Shown piece by piece: positions 1 through 7,962 of a stretch of DNA of 64,000 nt. Location of the stretch: positions 10,761 to 74,760 of IMG/VR virus record IMGVR_UViG_3300035183_001040; one strand, given 5' to 3'. A program made the position numbers and the translations under genes. Origin of the DNA: a virus. The notes beneath the pieces were generated by a model. That model saw nothing but the letters and a program-made list of their open reading frames with translations. It did no database searches and had not been told where the DNA came from. Each line of letters starts with the position of its first letter. Position 1 is the first letter of the stretch.

Positions 1-251
1 GGAAGCCGATCGATGACCTCCCGCGCCTGCTGGATGCGGAAGAGGATGCCGTTGATATCGAGCGCGTCGGCGATGCCGCCGACGCCGTCGAGGCGACGCG
101 AGAGCCGGGTGGCTTGCTTGGCGAGCGCCGCGGCCATCCTGGCCACGCGCTCCTTCGGGGAGCGCTTCGCCGGCTTCGCCGGCTTCTCCGAAGCGACGAT
201 GGGCGGGGTCTGGGTGGTCTGGGTCTGGATTTTCTTGGCTTCCTTCTTCAT
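1..251 (-). CDS. Hypothetical basic early-type protein, 3' end outside window (MKKEARKIQTQTT...)
   Basis: ATG at 251 preceded by AGGAGAGG; frame open to the window edge; same strand as neighbours. Confidence 0.65.
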   Translation of the reverse strand, partial: MKKEAKKIQTQTTQTPPIVASEKPAKPAKRSPKERVARMAAALAKQATRLSRRLDGVGGIADALDINGILFRIQQAREVIDRL

Positions 252-290
252 GATTTCCTCTCCTGCCCCGTAGGGCTTCAACGGGCCTTC

Positions 291-337
291 ATCGGCTCCC
301 TCCTGCACCCGAACTCGCGCTCGGGTGCAGGGTGGGA
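291..337. repeat. Intergenic hairpin repeat, copy 1
   Basis: atcggctccct-cctgcacccga-N8-tcgggtgcagg-gtggga; near-identical to 676-721. Confidence 0.9.
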
Positions 338-347
338 GACGTCGAGG

Positions 348-635
348 TCAGTCGCCCAGCGGCTCGGCGTAAGGCTCGCTGCAGTCCATGATCTCCCCGT
401 CCTCGGAGATCGCGAAACAGTGCTTCTTGCCGGGCTCTGCGTTGACCGTCTCCATCAACAACCCCTCAGGGGTGAAGAGGATGGTGACCCCCATCCCATG
501 CTGAACGGCATAGGCCGCGAGCCGGAACCATTGCGACCACACCGCGCGATGCGCAGCTACGGGCGCATGCCACAGCCTCCCGTTTGGGAGGACCTCACAC
601 CATTCCGGGGCTTTCATCTGCTCCATGACATTCAT
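348..635 (-). CDS. Hypothetical early-type protein (MNVMEQMKAPEW...)
   Basis: ORF 348..677; start moved to ATG 635 behind a GAGGAG RBS. Confidence 0.75.
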   Translation of the reverse strand: MNVMEQMKAPEWCEVLPNGRLWHAPVAAHRAVWSQWFRLAAYAVQHGMGVTILFTPEGLLMETVNAEPGKKHCFAISEDGEIMDCSEPYAEPLGD

Positions 636-675
636 CTGCTTCTCCTCTCTTGGCCGCTTCGGCCGCGTAAGCCTC

Positions 676-721
676 ATCGGCTCCCTCCTGCACCCGAGCA
701 GGTCTCGGGTGCAGGGTGGGA
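676..721. repeat. Intergenic hairpin repeat, copy 2
   Basis: atcggctccct-cctgcacccgag-N5-ctcgggtgcagg-gtggga. Confidence 0.9.
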
Positions 722-735
722 ATCGACGATGGTGA

Positions 736-918
736 CTAGGCGCTCTGGGCCTCCAAAGCCTTGCGAGCCATGGCCTGCAACTCGGGGTCGGGGCTCTGGA
801 GCAACTCCGCGAGCGACTGTCGCGCCAAGCGCGCCATCGGTCCCTTCTTCTTGGAGAGCTGGACGAGCTCGCTCAATCCCAACCGCTCGACCTTCAGCAT
901 CATGAGCTTTTCCTTCAT
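736..918 (-). CDS. Hypothetical helical protein, 60 aa
   Basis: Compact ORF with GGAGGAG RBS in the leftward operon. Confidence 0.75.
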   Translation of the reverse strand: MKEKLMMLKVERLGLSELVQLSKKKGPMARLARQSLAELLQSPDPELQAMARKALEAQSA

Positions 919-930
919 CTTCTTCTCCTC

Positions 931-1116
931 CTACTCTTCTTCCTCTTCCTCGCCGCTTTCGGCGGCGAGGGTATCGATGTCGAGCGCTCCGAGCTGCGCC
1001 CGGAGCACCGCGACCTCCATCGAGAGGTCGCGGCGCTCCCGCGCGGGCGTCCGCGCGTCGTACAGCCGCGCGGTGAGCGCGGCGAGTTCATTCCGAAGTT
1101 CAGCAGCGCGCTTCAT
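931..1116 (-). CDS. Hypothetical coiled-coil protein with acidic tail (MKRAAELRNEL...EEEEEE)
   Basis: ATG 1116 overlaps the TGA of the upstream gene (ATGA coupling). Confidence 0.75.
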   Translation of the reverse strand: MKRAAELRNELAALTARLYDARTPARERRDLSMEVAVLRAQLGALDIDTLAAESGEEEEEE

Positions 1117-1370
1117 CGTCGCACCGCCAAGTCGACGATCCACGAGTTCGCGCGGTCGAGTTCGTTGATCGCCGAAGAAGCGGCCCACGCCGCCACCCGG
1201 CAGATCTTGCCGGGCAGCTCGATGACCGTTCTGGCGTCGGCAGCTGCTTCGGCTTGCTGGAGCTCGGCGCGCGCCTCGCGCGCCGCGTTTTCGAGATCCT
1301 CCACCGCCCTTCGGGCGGAGGAGAGAACTTCCTGGAGCGCAAAGGGCGCCAACATGTCCTTCTCGCTCAT
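1113..1370 (-). CDS. Hypothetical coiled-coil protein, 85 aa
   Basis: ATGA-coupled on both sides; AAGGAGG RBS. Confidence 0.75.
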   Translation of the reverse strand: MSEKDMLAPFALQEVLSSARRAVEDLENAAREARAELQQAEAAADARTVIELPGKICRVAAWAASSAINELDRANSWIVDLAVRR

Positions 1371-1618
1371 CGCGCCCTCCTTTCCGCGCGCAGCGCCTTG
1401 CGCGCCTTGCGAGCCTCACGTGCGAGCTCGCGCGCGAGCTCGACCAGATCGGCCAGCTCGTTTTCGGCTTTGACGATCTCGCTCTCGCTGTCGCCCTCGT
1501 CACCAATGGCCGCGTCGATTCGGCCATAGACGCTGTCGACGACTTCCTCGATTATGCCCTTGAGGCCTTGGAGCGCTTCAAGGGCTTCGCTCAAGTCCAT
1601 CTTTTCCATCTTCGTCAT
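1367..1618 (-). CDS. Hypothetical coiled-coil protein, 83 aa (first gene of leftward operon)
   Basis: GAAAGGGG RBS; helical heptad-like composition. Confidence 0.75.
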   Translation of the reverse strand: MTKMEKMDLSEALEALQGLKGIIEEVVDSVYGRIDAAIGDEGDSESEIVKAENELADLVELARELAREARKARKALRAERRAR

Positions 1619-1702
1619 CCCCTTTCATCGAGCGTTGTCACGGATGAGGCGCTCGCGCGCTTCGTTCGCTCATCACCTTCGTCGTCTTCATACCCCCCAT
1701 TA

Positions 1703-1719
1703 TTGCACACGACATGCCA
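1703..1719 (-). promoter_or_regulatory. Putative sigma54 (-24/-12) promoter for leftward genes
   Basis: Minus strand reads TGGCATGTCGTGTGCAA: exact GG-N10-GC spacing. Confidence 0.55.
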
Positions 1720-1765
1720 CGACGGCATGCTAGCTAACCATGCGAAATCATTAGGTGCGCACTAT

Positions 1766-1795
1766 GCATGGTATGACATTCATGTCATACCATGC
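1766..1795. promoter_or_regulatory. 30-bp palindrome, copy 1
   Basis: gcatggtatgacat-tc-atgtcataccatgc; perfect 14-bp arms. Confidence 0.85.
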
Positions 1796-1856
1796 GCGCC
1801 ATGCGTACCATGCGCGTAGCGTAACCACGCGTATTCTTTGGTTTTTTGCGTATTCT

Positions 1857-1886
1857 GCATGGTATGACATTCATGTCATACCATGC
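1857..1886. promoter_or_regulatory. 30-bp palindrome, copy 2
   Basis: Identical to 1766-1795, 91 bp downstream. Confidence 0.85.
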
Positions 1887-1909
1887 AACCTTTGCATAGC
1901 TTGCGCGCT

Positions 1910-1925
1910 TGGCACGGTACGTGCT
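1910..1925 (+). promoter_or_regulatory. Putative sigma54 (-24/-12) promoter for the rightward operon
   Basis: TGGCACGGTACGTGCT versus consensus TGGCACG-N4-TTGCW; GG 1911-12, GC 1923-24. Confidence 0.6.
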
Positions 1926-2035
1926 ACGCGCGCGCATGCGCGTGGTAAGTGTTGTGCGCGTGCATGGCGCACCATGCGCGCACGGTTCTTGCATGCGTGC
2001 TAGGCATATCGCGCACGTCACGCATGCAAGGACCC

Positions 2036-2593
2036 ATGACCACGCCCGCTGCTGAGTTCCACGCCGTCGCCTTGAACACCGCCCGCAAGAACGCCGCCGT
2101 CGTCGCGCGCCGCTACGCTCGCCGGTGCTGGTGGGCTAGCCGCGAAGACCTGGAGCAGGAGGCACTTGCGGCGCAGCTCGACTGCTTGCCACGCTACGAC
2201 CCGGCGCAAGGCCCGTGGGAGCGGTTTGCCTTCGCCGCGGCCAGGCGCGCCGTGGTTACCGCGCTCCTTCGCGAGAGCGCGCCTGTGAGCTGCCTCGGCC
2301 GGCCCGCGAAGCTGGTCGGCCTGCTTCGCGCTCCGCTCGACCCCGAAGCGCACACCCTAACGGTACCCGTGGATGCGGCGATCGACCTTTGCCGCGCTCG
2401 CGAGCGCGTGGTCGAGCTGTTAGGCGAACGCGACGCAGACTTGATCCTTGGCGTGATGGCAGGCTGGAAACCGGCAGAAATCGCAGAATACAACCGCGTA
2501 CCAGTGCACGCCGTGTATACTCGGCTTGCCGCGATTAGGCGTCGCCTGGAAGGAGACTCCGAACTTCACCACTTCTGGAAGGAGCTATCGTGA
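2036..2593 (+). CDS. Sigma-70 family (ECF/FliA-like) RNA polymerase sigma factor
   Basis: Region 2-like REDLEQEA...RYDPAQGPWERFA; C-terminal HTH GWKPAEIAEYNRVPVHAVYTRL; AAGGA RBS before ATG 2036. Confidence 0.75.
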   Translation: MTTPAAEFHAVALNTARKNAAVVARRYARRCWWASREDLEQEALAAQLDCLPRYDPAQGPWERFAFAAARRAVVTALLRESAPVSCLGRPAKLVGLLRAPLDPEAHTLTVPVDAAIDLCRARERVVELLGERDADLILGVMAGWKPAEIAEYNRVPVHAVYTRLAAIRRRLEGDSELHHFWKELS

Positions 2594-3249
2594 AAACCCC
2601 TGAATCCATCGGTGAGCCCGTTCTTCTCGACCTCGACCGAATCGTTCCCGTCTACGCCTCGGCAGACGAGAACCCGAACAAGATGGAACCCGAGCGCTTC
2701 GACCTGCTCGTTCAGGCCGTCGAGCGGTACGGGTTCTTGCAGGCCGTGCTCGTTCGGAAGTTCGGCAGCGCTGGCGGCAAACCGCGCTACCAGCTCATCG
2801 ACGGCCATCACCGCTACTGGGCGATGCAAAAGGCCAGGCGCACGCAGCTTCTTGCGCAGATTGCCGACGTAGACGACGTGCAGGCTCGTGCTCTCAGCCT
2901 CGCCATGAACCGCCTGCGAGGAGACCTCGACCTGCGCATGTCAGCAGAAGCCATCCAAAGCATCGTCGAGATTACCGGCTGGGACATCGAAACGGTCACC
3001 GTTTCGACCGGATTCACGGCGGAAGAAATCGACGCGCTCTTGCAGAAAACCGCCCTGAACGCGCAAGACATTCTCGGCGAGAGCCTGGGCGAGGCCGAAG
3101 ATGAGCGCGCGCCAGCAGCGCCGTTCGTGCTGGAGATTCCGTTTGCTGACCGTGAATCGTACAGGCTCGCGAAGCGCAAGCTCAAGAAGGCTGCTGGAAA
3201 GGGCGGCGACCTCGCCCGCGGCCTTCTCAACCTTCTCGGAGAGGTGTAG
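2590..3249 (+). CDS. ParB/Sulfiredoxin N-terminal domain protein
   Basis: NPNKM...YGFLQAVLVR...LIDGHHRYWA motif. Confidence 0.85.
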   Translation: MKTPESIGEPVLLDLDRIVPVYASADENPNKMEPERFDLLVQAVERYGFLQAVLVRKFGSAGGKPRYQLIDGHHRYWAMQKARRTQLLAQIADVDDVQARALSLAMNRLRGDLDLRMSAEAIQSIVEITGWDIETVTVSTGFTAEEIDALLQKTALNAQDILGESLGEAEDERAPAAPFVLEIPFADRESYRLAKRKLKKAAGKGGDLARGLLNLLGEV

Positions 3250-3252
3250 GCG

Positions 3253-3549
3253 ATGAGCAACGAAAAGGCAGCCGGTGGCAGCAGCATCCAGGAAAAGATG
3301 CGCGCAGTTGGCTACATCACGGTTTACGAGGCGGCAAAGCGAATCGGCTGCGACGCAGCCACGATCATGCGCTGGGCAGATTCGGGCGACATCCGCTCGA
3401 TTCGTGCGATGGAGCGGAAGCGCTTCGTCGCCGTCAGCGACCTTGCGCTGAAGGTAGGGTTGGAAGCTTCGGTCATGATCGGGCTCATCACCGCTGAGCA
3501 AGCCAAGCAGCTTCGCGATCGCAGGGCAGCGTCGTCGGGTGCCAAGTGA
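3253..3549 (+). CDS. Excisionase/MerR-like HTH DNA-binding protein
   Basis: YITVYEAAKRIGCDAATIMRWADSGDI. Confidence 0.75.
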   Translation: MSNEKAAGGSSIQEKMRAVGYITVYEAAKRIGCDAATIMRWADSGDIRSIRAMERKRFVAVSDLALKVGLEASVMIGLITAEQAKQLRDRRAASSGAK

Positions 3550-5042
3550 TCGTCGAGCTCGGCAACCTGCACGCTCGCGTGATCCAGCACACGGCTCGGG
3601 AAACACGCTGGCTCAGCGACTACCTCGCCTTCCCCGATGAGAAGGCTCGGTTCCGCAAGCTTCCTCCGTGGAAGCGCGGCGATGGGATGCTTCGCATGCT
3701 CTCCGAGGCGACGATGACCTTTCCAGCCGGGTTTCGCGACGCCGTCGCGAAGCAGGCAGCGGTAGACGGAATCAAGGTCGAGTGGGTGGATAAGCGCAAG
3801 CCTCCAGCGCAAGTCTCTCCAGACCCGAACGTCGATGTGAGCTGGCTCCGCGACTATCAGCTCGAAGCACTCCGGACGGGCAAAGAGCGGGGTGTTTTCC
3901 ACCATGTGACAGGCGCGGGCAAGACCATGGTCATGGCGGCTCTTTGCGCTCAGTACAACCAGCTTCGCTGGGGTGTCTTCACGCATGACAAGACGCTACT
4001 GTCGCAGACCGCAGACCGCTTCGAGAAGCGCATCGGGGAAGAGGTCGGGTTCATTGGAGACGGCGCCGTTGCCCCGAAGCGTATCACGGCGGCGATGTTT
4101 CAGACCGCATACCGGCGTCTGCTGGCGCGCGACAAGAGGATGCTCGACTGGCTCTGCAGTCTTGACGGCATCCTGGTCGACGAGTGCCACATCGTTCCCG
4201 CGGCGACGTTTTTGCACGTCGTGATGGCAACGCCGAACGCCTACTTTCGGTACGGCTTTTCCGCGACGCCGTTTGCCCGCGGGGACAAGAAGAGCATCTT
4301 TACCTGGGGCGCACTCGGCCCGGTGATCCATCGAGTCACCGCCCAGCGGCTCATCGATGCCGGGCTGCTCGCGAAGCCGAAAATCAAGATGGTCCCTGTG
4401 CGCCAGAAGTGCACGGGCAGCACGTGGGCCTCGGTGTACTCGGAGGCGATCGTGCGAAGCTCAGCTCGAAACTCTGTCCTCGTCTCGATTGCTCGCGTCG
4501 CGGCCAAGCCGTGCTTTCTGTTCGTGCAGCGAATCGAGCACGGTAGGATTTTGGAGCGGGCGCTTCGAGCCGCAGGCGAAAAGGTGGAGTTCGTGTGGGG
4601 GCAGCACGAAACTGCACAGCGCAAAGCAGCCATCCGTCGCCTTGTGCACGGCGACACCGACATCCTCATCTGCAACGTCGTGTTCCAGCACGGCATCGAC
4701 GTCCCGGAGCTCCAGTCCGTGATCATCGGCTCGGGAGGAAAGTCTGTGATTGCCGCGCTTCAGGATATCGGCCGAGGTACTCGCCGCCACGACAGCGCCG
4801 GGCGCGTGACCAAGACCGAGTTTGACGTGTGGGACATCGCGGACAAGGGCTGTGGCTGTGCGAGCCCTTCGAAACACCTCGGCTGCAAGTGGCTTGAGCG
4901 GCATACACGAGGCCGGCTCGCGGCCTACTCAATCGAGAAGTTCGACGTGGCAGAAGTTGCACAAGTTGTTGATAACCGGGTCAGGAGCATGCAAAATGAT
5001 CGTCAGCAGGTTCATGGAACGCATGACGGACGTGCAGGTTGA
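3546..5042 (+). CDS. Superfamily 2 DExH helicase (UvsW-like role)
   Basis: LRDYQ Q-motif, TGAGKT, DECH, SAT, GIDVP, QDIGRGTR. Confidence 0.92.
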   Translation: MIVELGNLHARVIQHTARETRWLSDYLAFPDEKARFRKLPPWKRGDGMLRMLSEATMTFPAGFRDAVAKQAAVDGIKVEWVDKRKPPAQVSPDPNVDVSWLRDYQLEALRTGKERGVFHHVTGAGKTMVMAALCAQYNQLRWGVFTHDKTLLSQTADRFEKRIGEEVGFIGDGAVAPKRITAAMFQTAYRRLLARDKRMLDWLCSLDGILVDECHIVPAATFLHVVMATPNAYFRYGFSATPFARGDKKSIFTWGALGPVIHRVTAQRLIDAGLLAKPKIKMVPVRQKCTGSTWASVYSEAIVRSSARNSVLVSIARVAAKPCFLFVQRIEHGRILERALRAAGEKVEFVWGQHETAQRKAAIRRLVHGDTDILICNVVFQHGIDVPELQSVIIGSGGKSVIAALQDIGRGTRRHDSAGRVTKTEFDVWDIADKGCGCASPSKHLGCKWLERHTRGRLAAYSIEKFDVAEVAQVVDNRVRSMQNDRQQVHGTHDGRAG

Positions 5043-5202
5043 TGCCGTGGAGCGCGAGCTTCTGCGGCGCCTTTCGGATTCGCTACCGGTTTCCCCGGCC
5101 GAGGTGGCGGACTTCGCCGTTCGCATGCTCATTCTTGCGCTCGAAGAAATCCGAGTTCTTCGCGCCGAGAACGCCAAGCTTCGCCGCGCCGCAGCAGCGT
5201 GA
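4996..5202 (+). CDS. Hypothetical small coiled-coil protein
   Basis: Helical ORF overlapping the helicase end; start may be 5014 or 5023. Confidence 0.5.
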   Translation: MIVSRFMERMTDVQVDAVERELLRRLSDSLPVSPAEVADFAVRMLILALEEIRVLRAENAKLRRAAAA

Positions 5203-5238
5203 AAAATCAGAGCAGGCCAAGGCAAACCGCATAAGGCT

Positions 5239-5967
5239 ATGCGTCAGGGGCACGTACAACTCCGGCTTGGAGGTAGCGGGCGTGGAGAACCTTTGCGCTG
5301 GGTGCAGGTACAGCGCCGATTCGCGAACCTGCTTCCTCCTGCGCCCACGCCCGATGTTATCCCGTGCGCGAAGCTTCCCCCTCCTCCTCTTCTTTCAGAC
5401 GGGGCAAACCCAGCAGAAGACGTGCGACAGATGGCAGTTGCGTTCACCGAGGCTGCCAGGCGGTACTACCCGCACACGCGGGCACTCGCGCACATTCGCC
5501 CCAGAACGCCTTTGACCGTGGTTGTCGAACTTCCGTACTACGCCGAGATGGCCGAGTTCGCGGGCAAACTGCGCACCTACAGGATTTCGCCCTTCGGCTG
5601 GTGCGCGTTCAGCGTCGAGGCGTGGGTAGAGCACGGAAGGCGCAGAATTTCTCCCTCGCCGAGGTGGGTCTTTTCTCTCAAACGGATCGAGTCCCGCGCT
5701 GACTGGTACGCGTGGGAGCAATCGAAGTGGGCAGGCGGCAGGCTGTACATGTCGCCTTCGCATCGCGACCTTTACCGGCTCTATGAGCAGATGCGGAGCG
5801 CGATCTTGCGCGAACCTGAGCTCGACGACGCAGTCGTGCAGCGCGTCGTGCAGCGTGTTCTCCCGCCTTCGCTCTACAGGAAGCTCGAAGCGCGTGCGAA
5901 GGCTGAGACAGAGTTCAAGCAGGCCGAGCTTGACGACGCGCTTAGGAGAGGAGAGTTCGTCTGGTGA
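5239..5967 (+). CDS. Hypothetical replication-region protein
   Basis: 242-aa ORF coupled (GTGA) to the replicative helicase. Confidence 0.65.
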   Translation: MRQGHVQLRLGGSGRGEPLRWVQVQRRFANLLPPAPTPDVIPCAKLPPPPLLSDGANPAEDVRQMAVAFTEAARRYYPHTRALAHIRPRTPLTVVVELPYYAEMAEFAGKLRTYRISPFGWCAFSVEAWVEHGRRRISPSPRWVFSLKRIESRADWYAWEQSKWAGGRLYMSPSHRDLYRLYEQMRSAILREPELDDAVVQRVVQRVLPPSLYRKLEARAKAETEFKQAELDDALRRGEFVW

Positions 5968-7256
5968 ATGCACAGAAATCTGAATCGTACTGCCTGGACC
6001 CGAGCTTCGAGCACGTTGTCGGAGTGCTCTGCTCGACCAGCCCGAAGTTCTACGGAGTCATCGGCTACGCCGTCGATCCTGAGGCGATTTCGCAGGAGGG
6101 CGTGCGCCTGCTCGTTCGCGCGGCCCAAGCAGTCGCGAAGGAGACAGGGCGCGGCCCTTCAGACCACAAGATCGTCGTGCAGAGGATCCGGCGCTGGGTC
6201 GAGGAGGGGAAGGTAACGCACAAGGCGCTCGACGAAGCCATCGATGTGCTCTCGGAGACGAGCACCCCTTCGGACGAGGCGCAAGTCGTGAACGAGCTCA
6301 GGGCAGTCATCAAGCGCAGGATGGAGGCGCAGGCTGTGCGTGCAGCCATGGAGGAGTACAGCCGCCGAGGCGACTTCGACCAGGTGCTCAAACTTCTCCA
6401 GCGCGCCCGCTCCGTAGGCACGACGGACACGAGCGTCGGTTTGCGGCTCGGTCCTGGGAGCTTCGACGAGATTCGTCGCATGCGCCACCTCGACCGCATG
6501 CCGTTCGGCATCCCGGAGCTCGACATGGCGCTCTCGGGCGGACTCCCTCGGGGGTGTGCTGCGCTGTTCATGGCCAAGAGCGGCGGCGGAAAGAGCATGG
6601 CTCTTTCGCACGTCTCCGCGGACTTGATCAACAAGTCGCACTTCGTTGCGTACGCAACGCTGGAACTCCCGCCCGTCGAAGTCATGGCCCGTGTGAAGGC
6701 AAACCTCACGGGCGTCCCGATCTCCAAAATCCTGCACGAGGACGAGCGCGAAGCGGAAGAACGCATCGAGGAACTCCTGCCAACCCTAGGCACGTTCGTG
6801 TGCAAAAGCTTCCCTGCAAAGATTACGACCGTGGCGCACATCGAGGACTGGATCAAGGAGTTGGAGCAGGAAGAGGGCTACCCGTGCGACCTGGTAGTCA
6901 TCGACTACATCGACAAGATGGCCTCGTCGAACAAGAACGATCGCAGTCCGTACGAGATCCAAGGAACCGTCGCCGAAGAGTTCCGTCTCTTCGTCGAGCG
7001 CACAGGCAAGTGGGGCCTGTCGGCAAGCCAAGCCCGCAGAAGTGCTGGAAAGGAAAAGAACCGCCGGCTTGACCAAGACGACATGGCAGACAGCATCAAC
7101 AAGGTTCGCGCGATCGACCTACTCGTCACCATCAACCCCGATTCGAGCGGTGAACAGTACGAGTACTACGTTGCGAAGTTCCGCTTCGGGCGCGGCGAGT
7201 TTTCCGTCGGCCCGTTCCCGCATGACCTGCCCTTAGGGCGCTTAGTCGTCCGGTGA
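5964..7256 (+). CDS. dnaB: DnaB-like replicative helicase
   Basis: FGIPELD...GG, Walker A AKSGGGKS, TLE, VVIDYID, SASQ, AKFRFG. Confidence 0.9.
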   Translation: MNAQKSESYCLDPSFEHVVGVLCSTSPKFYGVIGYAVDPEAISQEGVRLLVRAAQAVAKETGRGPSDHKIVVQRIRRWVEEGKVTHKALDEAIDVLSETSTPSDEAQVVNELRAVIKRRMEAQAVRAAMEEYSRRGDFDQVLKLLQRARSVGTTDTSVGLRLGPGSFDEIRRMRHLDRMPFGIPELDMALSGGLPRGCAALFMAKSGGGKSMALSHVSADLINKSHFVAYATLELPPVEVMARVKANLTGVPISKILHEDEREAEERIEELLPTLGTFVCKSFPAKITTVAHIEDWIKELEQEEGYPCDLVVIDYIDKMASSNKNDRSPYEIQGTVAEEFRLFVERTGKWGLSASQARRSAGKEKNRRLDQDDMADSINKVRAIDLLVTINPDSSGEQYEYYVAKFRFGRGEFSVGPFPHDLPLGRLVVR

Positions 7257-7266
7257 AGGTGCCTAC

Positions 7267-7959
7267 ATGCCTGCGAAACTCCACCAAATCCAGCAGCTTG
7301 TCGCGAACTACTACGGGGTGAGCGTCGGCGACGTCCTTTCGTCGTCCAGGTCGAGGTCGGTAGTGCACGCGCGCCATGTAGCGATGTGGTTTTGCCGAAC
7401 GCACACGAAGGCTTCGCTGAACGAAATCGGACGCGCGTTCGGTCGAGACCACGCAACCGTCATGACGGCTGTTCGTTGCATCGCGCGCGCTCTCGAAACG
7501 GACGGGGCGCTGAAGGGCGAAATCTCAGAGATCACACGCGCGATCGAAAAGTCTCAAGAGGATCGCACAAGGCATAGGGGGATGACCAGCTACGCGCTTC
7601 AGATCAACGAAAAGCATGCGGAGATTATCGCCGACGCGCTCGACCTCTACGTTCGCATCGGGCTCGGGCAGTTCGAGGAAATCGTGCGCGTCTACGACCG
7701 CAAGTACGCGCTCTCGCCCGAGGTGAAGCAGCGCATGGTCGAGAAGATTCAAGCCGCTAAGGTTCTCGCCGGGCATACACCACACGGGAGCTACGGGCTC
7801 TTGAACCCGGAGGTGAGCGACTGGTTTCGTGTCGCGTACGACATCCTCCAGGTCGTTCGGGACCGGAACGTCTCTTCTCCGGCGGTTGCCGTCGACGAAG
7901 GCATCCGAGTGGCAGAAGGCGAGCCTCTGCCGACCATCGCACCATCGGAGCAGTTTTGA
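7267..7959 (+). CDS. DnaA domain IV (DnaA-box-binding HTH) fused to an unknown domain
   Basis: IQQLVANYYGVS...SRSRSVVHARHVAMW...SLNEIGRAFGRDHATVMTAV is the DnaA C-terminal signature; no AAA+ domain. Confidence 0.85.
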   Translation: MPAKLHQIQQLVANYYGVSVGDVLSSSRSRSVVHARHVAMWFCRTHTKASLNEIGRAFGRDHATVMTAVRCIARALETDGALKGEISEITRAIEKSQEDRTRHRGMTSYALQINEKHAEIIADALDLYVRIGLGQFEEIVRVYDRKYALSPEVKQRMVEKIQAAKVLAGHTPHGSYGLLNPEVSDWFRVAYDILQVVRDRNVSSPAVAVDEGIRVAEGEPLPTIAPSEQF

Positions 7960-7962
7960 CCC

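Noticed and set aside
650-681. Hammerhead-like CCGAUGA-GGC...GCC-GAAG on the minus strand next to hairpin copy 2
   Set aside because: Two core deviations from CUGANGA/GAAA, no clear stem III or cleavage triplet, and copy 1 lacks the arrangement.
291-721. Hairpin repeats as a CRISPR array with the Cas4-like gene
   Set aside because: Only two copies, separated by a whole gene; solo Cas4-like nucleases are common in phages; no cas1/cas2.
2590-3249. Classical ParABS partition cassette
   Set aside because: No ParA in the window and no evident HTH in either ParB-N protein.
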